Positions 25,809-32,000 of a stretch of 32,000 nucleotides of DNA are shown piece by piece. The stretch spans positions 240,001-272,000 of the forward strand of contig NC_013967.1 of NCBI RefSeq assembly GCF_000025685.1, given 5' to 3'. The notes under the pieces are model-generated. The model had not been told where the DNA came from, made no database searches, and saw only the letters and a list, made by a program, of their open reading frames with translations. Within the stretch, counting starts at the first letter, position 1, and each line of letters begins with the position of its first letter. The stretch comes from Haloferax volcanii DS2 (lineage in GTDB: Archaea > Halobacteriota > Halobacteria > Halobacteriales > Haloferacaceae). The position numbers and the translations under genes are program-made.

Positions 25809-26291
25809 TTACTCGCCCCAGAAGTTGTCTCGGCTGCCGAGCGCCTCGGGGCGCTTCGGACCGTCGCGACCGCTTCCCTTCGATTTGGCGTCCGCGCCGG
25901 TTGACTCGCCCGCCCCGCTCGTCTCTCCCGCCTCGTCCCCCTCGGCTTCGGGGTCGAGCGGCAGGCGCTCGACGATTTTCTTCGCGCGGGCGTGGCTCCC
26001 CTTCACCCGGTCGATGCGGACGATGGCGCGCGCGTCCGGCAGGAGCCCGTCCACGAAGACGATGAAGCCGTCTTCGGTCCGCCCGACGCCGGCACCGCTC
26101 TCGTGGATGTCCTCGACGGTGACGATGACCTCCTCTCCCGGCTTGACGGGCTGCTGTTTGAGCTCGGAGATGGGGCGCTCGTAGTGGTCGCACCACTCCG
26201 CGCCGCCGCGGTCGCCGTAGTACTGGCACCCCATGCCCGCGATTCGTTCTGAGAAGCTCGGGCAGTCGTCCGCGAGTGGACAGTCGGACAT
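25809..26291 (-). CDS. TRAM domain protein with an N-terminal Cys cluster
   Basis: The TRAM-like beta segment is GEEVIVTVEDIHESGAGVGRTEDGFIVFVDGLLPDARAIVRIDRVKGSHARA. The N-terminus CPLADDCPSF...CQYY...WC is Cys-rich. Confidence 0.8.
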   Translation of the reverse strand: MSDCPLADDCPSFSERIAGMGCQYYGDRGGAEWCDHYERPISELKQQPVKPGEEVIVTVEDIHESGAGVGRTEDGFIVFVDGLLPDARAIVRIDRVKGSHARAKKIVERLPLDPEAEGDEAGETSGAGESTGADAKSKGSGRDGPKRPEALGSRDNFWGE

Positions 26292-26381
26292 GCGGGGAGG
26301 TACACTAGGGGCACTCTAAACGCTTGCGGGTAGCCCGTCGCCCGCCGAAACGCTTTCCCTCGCGCGCTCGAACCCCGCGGT

Positions 26382-27068
26382 ATGGCAGAACGCGTCCCCG
26401 AGTTCGCACTCCTTATCGGCGTCTTCCTCGGCCTCTCTGCGACCGTCTCCGCGGCGGTTCTCTCGGGCGCGCTGTTTCGCCCGCTCCTGTTCGGTGCCGC
26501 CGTCTGTTACCCCTTCGCCGCCTTCGGCGTCCTCCGGTCCGAAGACCCCTCTGAGGCGCTGCCGCCGCGGGTCGTCCTCGGCCTCGGCGTAGCCATCGGC
26601 CTCCTGACCGCGGCGGCCGCCGTCCTCGAACGCGCGACGGTCGAACCGCTCGACGGCGTGTTCGCCGCCGTCGTGGTGTCGCTTCCGCCCGTCGCCTACG
26701 CGGTCCGGTTCGGCGCGGACGTGAACCCGCTGTCGCCGGTCCAGTCGCTCGCCTGCTGTGCGGTCGTCGGCACGGCGTTTCTCGCGCTCGCCCCGCGCCT
26801 CGGGACGACGAGCGCGCTCCTCGGGTTCGTTCTCGGACTCTCGGGCGCGCTCTACGCCGACGCCCGCGGATTCAGGCCGACACACCGCCAACAGCGCGCC
26901 GGCATCGCCGCGGGCGTGTTCGTCGGCGTCGCGGTCGCGGCCGCCGGCGTCGCGACGGGTCTCCCTCTCGGGTCGACCACGGCCACGGCTGTCGCCGCGG
27001 CGCTCACGCCGAGTCTGTCCGTCGCGCTCGCGAGAAACCGGAGACAACCCCATCGCTTTCGGTCGTAG
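26382..27068 (+). CDS. Hypothetical multi-pass membrane protein
   Basis: It is a hydrophobic Ala/Leu/Val/Gly-rich protein with several TM segments. The antisense 257-aa ORF is Arg/Glu-rich and implausible. Confidence 0.65.
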   Translation: MAERVPEFALLIGVFLGLSATVSAAVLSGALFRPLLFGAAVCYPFAAFGVLRSEDPSEALPPRVVLGLGVAIGLLTAAAAVLERATVEPLDGVFAAVVVSLPPVAYAVRFGADVNPLSPVQSLACCAVVGTAFLALAPRLGTTSALLGFVLGLSGALYADARGFRPTHRQQRAGIAAGVFVGVAVAAAGVATGLPLGSTTATAVAAALTPSLSVALARNRRQPHRFRS

Positions 27069-27116
27069 CGGGCGCGTGAAACTCCGCAAAAATCTGGACC
27101 AAAAAGAACGCAGAGT

Positions 27117-28139
27117 TCAGGCCAGCGGCGTCCGCTCGACCACCGTGCCATCGTACGTCGGGTACTGCTCGACTATTTCGCCGTCGTCGACGTCGCCGTC
27201 TTCGATCATCTCTTCGAGGAGCCACCACGCGACCTCGACGTGGTTCGACTTGATGCTGTAAAACTCGTCGGGGACGCCGAGTTCGATGAACCGCTCGGCG
27301 GGCGTGTAGGTCTTGCCGTAGACGAGCGTGCCGTCGTCCGTCACCTCGTCGAAGGGGCGGCGGAGGTTGCGGGCCATGCGCTTCAGGCGATTTCTGTGCT
27401 GGGCGGCGTCCTTGAACACGGAGGTACAGAAGTAGACGCGCTCGTGGTCGCCCATCTCGTCGAGAATGGCCTCCTTCGAGCCATCAACCGCCGACATGTG
27501 GCCATCTTGCAGTTCGTAGCCCTTCTCCTGCATCCGGCGGTAGTTCCCGTCGGACATCTCGAACTCGTTGATGTTGCAGAACTCCGCGGCCCCCTCGTCG
27601 AGGAAGTCGAGGAACTCCGGTTCCGCGCGGATGCCCGGAATCTCGAACGCCGGAGTCAGGCCTTCCTCGCGGGCGATGTAGAGGATATCTTCCCATTCGG
27701 TGCCGTGCATGTCGCCCCAGAGTTCGAGCGGCGGGTGGAAGCGAATCTCGTCGAGGCCGGCCTCAGCGAGGCGGCGCATGTTCTCGCGGCCGCCAGTGAT
27801 TCCCGTATAGAGGTGGATGTGGTGGTCCTCACCGAACTCGTCTTTGAGAAGCGAGATGTATCGGCAGGTCTTGTCGAGCGCCTCCTGCGGTTCGCCGCCG
27901 GTGATGGACGACCCGAGTGCGTCCATGCGTTTCGCCTCCTCGATGACGTCGGCGTCGGACTCGACTTTCCGCTCGTTGGCGTACACGTCGGTGACGTTCT
28001 TGCGATTCTCGCCGAGCGGGCAGTAGAAACAATCGCGCTGGTCGCAGTACCCGTAGACGAACAGCACCATCTTCCCGCCCATGGCGCACTGTTCGCATCC
28101 CTTCGAGATCATTCGATTACGGATCCATACTTGGTGCAT
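27117..28139 (-). CDS. Radical SAM domain protein (pyruvate formate-lyase activase-related family)
   Basis: The Cys cluster is YCDQRDCFYCP, followed by GGEP and further conserved-looking motifs. The ATG at 28139 is preferred. Confidence 0.8.
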   Translation of the reverse strand: MHQVWIRNRMISKGCEQCAMGGKMVLFVYGYCDQRDCFYCPLGENRKNVTDVYANERKVESDADVIEEAKRMDALGSSITGGEPQEALDKTCRYISLLKDEFGEDHHIHLYTGITGGRENMRRLAEAGLDEIRFHPPLELWGDMHGTEWEDILYIAREEGLTPAFEIPGIRAEPEFLDFLDEGAAEFCNINEFEMSDGNYRRMQEKGYELQDGHMSAVDGSKEAILDEMGDHERVYFCTSVFKDAAQHRNRLKRMARNLRRPFDEVTDDGTLVYGKTYTPAERFIELGVPDEFYSIKSNHVEVAWWLLEEMIEDGDVDDGEIVEQYPTYDGTVVERTPLA

Positions 28140-28219
28140 CGTCAAAAGGCGTCCGACTTCGCCCGGAGCACCTCCCGCTCGCCGGTACGATTATTATTAT
28201 CTGTGACTGACAACACGCC

Positions 28220-30109
28220 ATGTCTCTCGGTTCCGTCGTTCGTGCTGAGGGCCCGGTACGGGTGCTCCTCGTCGACGATACCGAGTCCGCCGCGGACACG
28301 ATGTCGGCGCTCAGCGGCTGTGACCGCCTCGATGTCGCGGCGGTCGACGCTCCGACCGCGGCGGTCGACGCGCACGCCGAGTCGCCGTTCGACTGTATCG
28401 TCACCGAGTTCGAATTCGACGGCACCGGCGGTCTTGACGCGCTCCTTCGCGTCCGCGAGCTGCCGAACCCGCCGCCCGTGATTCTGTTCACCCGGCTTGA
28501 CTCCGAGGAGACGGTCCGCGAGGCGGTCGCCGCCGGCGTCGCCGACGTGGTCGACAAGCGACCGACCGACGCTCAAATCGCGGTGCTCGCCCACCGCATC
28601 TCGAAGGCGGTCGCCGCGGCCCGCCAGTCGACCGAACTCGACGAACTGCACGCGTGGCTCCGCGTCGTCGCCGAGCAGTCGCTCGTCGGCCTGTACGTGA
28701 TACGCGACGGCCGGGTCGCGTTCGTCAACGAGTATCTCTCGAACTTGCTCGGCTACGACACGGACGAGGTGGTCGGCCGACCCATCACCGAGTTCGTCGT
28801 CGAAGAAGACCGCACCATCGTCGAAGAGAGCCTGCGAAACAGGTCCCACGGCAGCGTCGAATCGATGTCGTACACCGTTCGCGTCCGTGATTACGCCGAC
28901 GAGCTGACCGCGCTGGAAATCACCGGTCAGCGGACGACGGTCGACGGCGAGCCGGTCGTCGTCGGGACCGCGATGGACGTCACGGCCCGACTGGAGTCCG
29001 AACGACTCCTCAGACGGTCCGAACGTCTCACCAGCCAAATCATCTCGTCGCTCCCGGATATGGTGTTCATCTCGGAGCCCACCGAGTTCGATATCGTCTA
29101 CATCAACGACCAGTTCGAGAGCGTCTGGGGACGCGACGTGTCGCTTCTCTACGATGACCCGAACTCGTTCCTCGACCTCATCCACGTCGACGACCGAGAC
29201 CAACTGACGCGGGCTATCGACGAGATGTTCGTCGACATCCGAGACGGTGCCGTCGACGACCAGTACGAGTTCGAGTTCCGATTCGTTCCCGAGGGGAGCG
29301 AGCGTATCCACTGGGCCACCGCCCGCGCGGTCCCGCTCCTCGGTGAGAACGGCGACGTGACGAACATCCTCGGCGTGATTTCCGACCTCACGGAACGCAT
29401 CAGCCACGAGCGCGAACTCGCCCAGCAGAACGCCCGGCTCGACGCCTTCGCCCGCGTCCTCTCGCACGACATCCGCGGCCCGCTGGCGGTCGCACAGGGC
29501 CGGCTCGAACTCGCACGCGAACTCGACGACGACAGCCACCTCGACCACGTCGAGCGCGCCCACCGACGCATCACCGACGTGGTCGAAGACGTGCTGTCTC
29601 TCGCCCGCGACGAGCGCTCCGTCCTCGACGCGACGGAGGTCTCGCTGGCCGACGCCGCGGCCACCGGCTGGGAGATGTGCTCGTCGAACGCCGACCACGT
29701 CCGCTGTGAAATCGGCGAGCTTCCGGTGGTCGAAGCCGACGAGAGCCGGACGACGCGCCTCTTCGAGAACCTGTTTCGGAACGCGCTTCAGCACGCTCGA
29801 AACGGCCGCGCCGGCGCGGCCGACCGCGGCGACGAGCCGACCGACCTCGTGATTCGCGTCGGCGCGCTTCCGTCGCGCCGCGGCTTTTTCGTCGAGGACA
29901 ACGGGCCCGGCATCCCGGCGTCGATTCGCGACCGCGTCTTCGACGCCGGCTTTTCGACCAAAGACGGCGACGGAAACGGCCTCGGACTCGGCATCGTCCG
30001 GCAGATTGCCGACTCCCACGGCTGGGCGGTTCGGGTTGTCGACGGCGCGGCCGGCGCGCGCTTCGAGGTGCTTTTCGACCCCGTCGGCGAGGCCGGCGCG
30101 GCGGAGTGA
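28220..30109 (+). CDS. Hybrid sensor histidine kinase: receiver domain, two PAS-like regions, HisKA and HATPase_c
   Basis: The REC domain starts at RVLLVDD. The H-box is LSHDIRGPL. The N box is FENLFRNALQH. The G boxes are VEDNGPGIP and GNGLGLGIV. Confidence 0.9.
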   Translation: MSLGSVVRAEGPVRVLLVDDTESAADTMSALSGCDRLDVAAVDAPTAAVDAHAESPFDCIVTEFEFDGTGGLDALLRVRELPNPPPVILFTRLDSEETVREAVAAGVADVVDKRPTDAQIAVLAHRISKAVAAARQSTELDELHAWLRVVAEQSLVGLYVIRDGRVAFVNEYLSNLLGYDTDEVVGRPITEFVVEEDRTIVEESLRNRSHGSVESMSYTVRVRDYADELTALEITGQRTTVDGEPVVVGTAMDVTARLESERLLRRSERLTSQIISSLPDMVFISEPTEFDIVYINDQFESVWGRDVSLLYDDPNSFLDLIHVDDRDQLTRAIDEMFVDIRDGAVDDQYEFEFRFVPEGSERIHWATARAVPLLGENGDVTNILGVISDLTERISHERELAQQNARLDAFARVLSHDIRGPLAVAQGRLELARELDDDSHLDHVERAHRRITDVVEDVLSLARDERSVLDATEVSLADAAATGWEMCSSNADHVRCEIGELPVVEADESRTTRLFENLFRNALQHARNGRAGAADRGDEPTDLVIRVGALPSRRGFFVEDNGPGIPASIRDRVFDAGFSTKDGDGNGLGLGIVRQIADSHGWAVRVVDGAAGARFEVLFDPVGEAGAAE

Positions 30110-30239
30110 GCGCCGCGGCTCACGGGCGGGTCGCGACCGCGCGCCCGAGGCCGACCGCTCGCTCGGTGAGACCGACGGACCGCGCCACCGCGACCGCTCC
30201 CCCGAAAGCAGATATATCCCCGTGGCATAGGAGTCAACG

Positions 30240-31373
30240 ATGCTCTTGGTCCTCTGTGTCGACCTCGACGACGACCTCGGCCGCAAGACGGGTCTGTCGA
30301 CGCCCGTCGTCGGCCGACAGCGCGTCGAGGACGCCGCGGTGGCGCTGGCCACCGCGGACCCGGAGGACTCCGACGTGAACGTCCTCTTTCAGGGCATTCA
30401 GGTCCACGACGAACTCCTCGAATCGGAGGACGAGGAGGTCGAAGTCGCGGCGGTCACCGGGTTGGAAGGCAGCGACGTGAAGGCGAACCGCGCCATCGGC
30501 GACGAGATAGACACCGTCCTCGCGAGCCTCTCGACCGGCGAGCCCGTCCACGCCATCGTCATCACCGACGGCGCACAGGACGAGTCGGTCCTGCCGGTCA
30601 TCCGCTCGCGCGTCCCCATCGACGGGGTTCGCCGGGTCGTCGTCAGGCAGGCCCAGAACCTCGAATCGATGTACTACACGATGAAGCAGGTGCTCGCCGA
30701 CCCCGAGACCCGCGGGACCATCCTCGTCCCGCTCGGCATCCTGCTTCTCATCTACCCCTTCGTCACCATCGCCAGCTTCTTCGACGTGCCTGGCGCGGTC
30801 GTTCTCGGCCTCATCTCGGCGCTGCTCGGCCTGTACACGCTGTTCCGGGGCCTCGGCCTCGAATCAGCGGTCGACGAGGCGGCCGACCGCGCCCGGAACG
30901 TCCTCTACGCCGGCCGCGTCACCATCATCACCTACGTCGCCGCCGCGGCGCTCCTCGTCGTCGGCGGCGTCCGCGGGGTCGAACTCCTCGAAACCGTCTC
31001 GGAGAGCGTCGCGGGCGACCCCCCGGCGGGGCTCGTCCTCGCCACGCTCGTCCACGGCGCGGTCGAGTGGTTCGCCGCCGCCGGCATCACCAGCAGCCTC
31101 GGGCAGGTGACGGACGAGTACCTCCACGACCGCTTCAAGTGGCGCTATCTCAACGCGCCGTTCTACGTGCTCGCCATCGCCATCGTACTGTACGCGCTCT
31201 CGGGGTTTTTCCTCCCCGAGGGCGTCGTCGGCGTCCAGACGTTCTACCTCCCCGGGCTCGCCGTCGCGCTCACGGTCGGCACGCTCCTCGGCGTGCTGAG
31301 CACGCTCACGTTCGCGGTGGCGGAGTCGCGCTACCCGACCGGCTCCGACGGCGAAAACGAGCAACCGGCGTAA
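30240..31373 (+). CDS. DUF373-family membrane protein
   Basis: The N-terminal soluble domain is MLLVLCVDLDDDLGRKTGL...AIVITDGAQDE. About six TM helices follow. The family is named by recollection. Confidence 0.75.
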   Translation: MLLVLCVDLDDDLGRKTGLSTPVVGRQRVEDAAVALATADPEDSDVNVLFQGIQVHDELLESEDEEVEVAAVTGLEGSDVKANRAIGDEIDTVLASLSTGEPVHAIVITDGAQDESVLPVIRSRVPIDGVRRVVVRQAQNLESMYYTMKQVLADPETRGTILVPLGILLLIYPFVTIASFFDVPGAVVLGLISALLGLYTLFRGLGLESAVDEAADRARNVLYAGRVTIITYVAAAALLVVGGVRGVELLETVSESVAGDPPAGLVLATLVHGAVEWFAAAGITSSLGQVTDEYLHDRFKWRYLNAPFYVLAIAIVLYALSGFFLPEGVVGVQTFYLPGLAVALTVGTLLGVLSTLTFAVAESRYPTGSDGENEQPA

Positions 31374-31411
31374 TCGGCGTTCCCCCGCCGACTGTGTTTC
31401 CTCTCGACTCC

Positions 31412-32000
31412 TCAGCTCTCGCGGACGATGACGAACTCCGCGAGGTCGCGGAGATACTCCAGCGGCTCCGAGTCGTCGACGCCCGAGTCGTCCAGCGCCG
31501 ACAGCGCCTCGTCGGCCTGCTTGCGGGCCCGGCGGTTCGCTTCCTCGGGGGTCAGGTCAGTCACCTGCACGAGCGACGGCCGGCCCATCTCGGCGTCCTG
31601 TCCCGTGGGTTTCCCGAGTTCCTCGGCGTCCGCGGTGGCGTCGAGCACGTCGTCGCGGATTTGGAAGGCGACGCCGACGCGGGCCGCGTAGTCACCGAAC
31701 GCCTCGACGACGTGGGCGTCGCCGCTCGCGGCGACTGCACCGAGTTCGGCCGCAGCGCGGAACAGCGCGCCCGTCTTGCGATGGGCGAGCTGCATGTACT
31801 CGGCTTCGTTCGAGGGGACCGCGACCAGTTCGGTCGCCTCGCCCTCACCGAGTTCGACCATCGATTCGGCGACGATGCGGGTGGCGCGGTCGGACGACGA
31901 CAGGAGGGCGAACGCCTCGCCGAGCAGGCCGTCGGAGGCGATGATGGCCGGGCCGTAGCCGTACTCGGCCCACGCGCTCGGCGTGCCGCGGCGGATGTCG
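31412..32000 (-). CDS. idsA: Polyprenyl (geranylgeranyl) diphosphate synthase, N-terminus beyond the window
   Basis: The second Asp-rich motif is FQIRDDVLD, followed by GKPTGQDAEMGRPSL. The frame stays open to base 32000 (...RRGTPSAWAEYGYGPAIIASDGLLGEAF...). Confidence 0.8.
   Translation of the reverse strand, partial: DIRRGTPSAWAEYGYGPAIIASDGLLGEAFALLSSSDRATRIVAESMVELGEGEATELVAVPSNEAEYMQLAHRKTGALFRAAAELGAVAASGDAHVVEAFGDYAARVGVAFQIRDDVLDATADAEELGKPTGQDAEMGRPSLVQVTDLTPEEANRRARKQADEALSALDDSGVDDSEPLEYLRDLAEFVIVRES

Noticed and set aside
26316-27089. 257-aa - strand ORF opposite the 228-aa membrane protein
   Set aside because: Its composition is dominated by Arg, Glu and Asp. The + strand product is a coherent multi-TM protein.
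28142-30352. 736-aa - strand ORF opposite the histidine kinase
   Set aside because: It is antisense to a gene with complete REC, PAS, HisKA and HATPase motifs. It has no motifs of its own and an atypical composition.
1-32000. Search for a CRISPR array or other regularly spaced repeats
   Set aside because: I saw no series of 25-40 bp direct repeats with unique spacers on either strand. The only regular repeats are the IS copies, their 8-bp flanks and the short 10-bp units at 16241-16280.

Overview
This is a high-GC haloarchaeal chromosome segment. The proteins are acidic, and the gene set, including an rpa3/rpap3-type pair, looks Haloferax-like from memory (not searched). Positions 1 to about 12025 are the right-hand part of an integrated pleolipovirus-like provirus. 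It has a translationally coupled + strand block: a spike-like glycoprotein, two membrane proteins and a P-loop NTPase. A - strand block holds three mini-ORFs and a 576-aa HTH protein, and ends 52 bp from the 3' end of tRNA-Pro(UGG). No integrase and no second att copy are in the window. The provirus is disrupted by two tandem, non-identical IS4-family copies that share one 8-bp direct repeat. It is also disrupted by an IS110-family element whose 5' non-coding end contains 11-nt copies of both insertion flanks, which makes it a candidate bridge-RNA region. It also carries a strikingly low-GC cargo gene. Positions 12.1-32 kb are ordinary chromosome. Genes there are an SLC13/TrkA-C permease, an SF2 helicase, a cupin, an M50/CBS protease, a CinA-like protein and tRNA-His(GUG) with a nearby duplicate of its 3' end. 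They are followed by an RHH protein, rpap3, rpa3, a sugar nucleotidyltransferase, an SDR, Tfx, a TRAM protein, a radical SAM protein, a REC-PAS-HisKA kinase, DUF373 and a truncated polyprenyl synthase. No CRISPR array was seen. Many long ORFs in the track are antisense or alternate-frame artefacts of the high GC content and were rejected.
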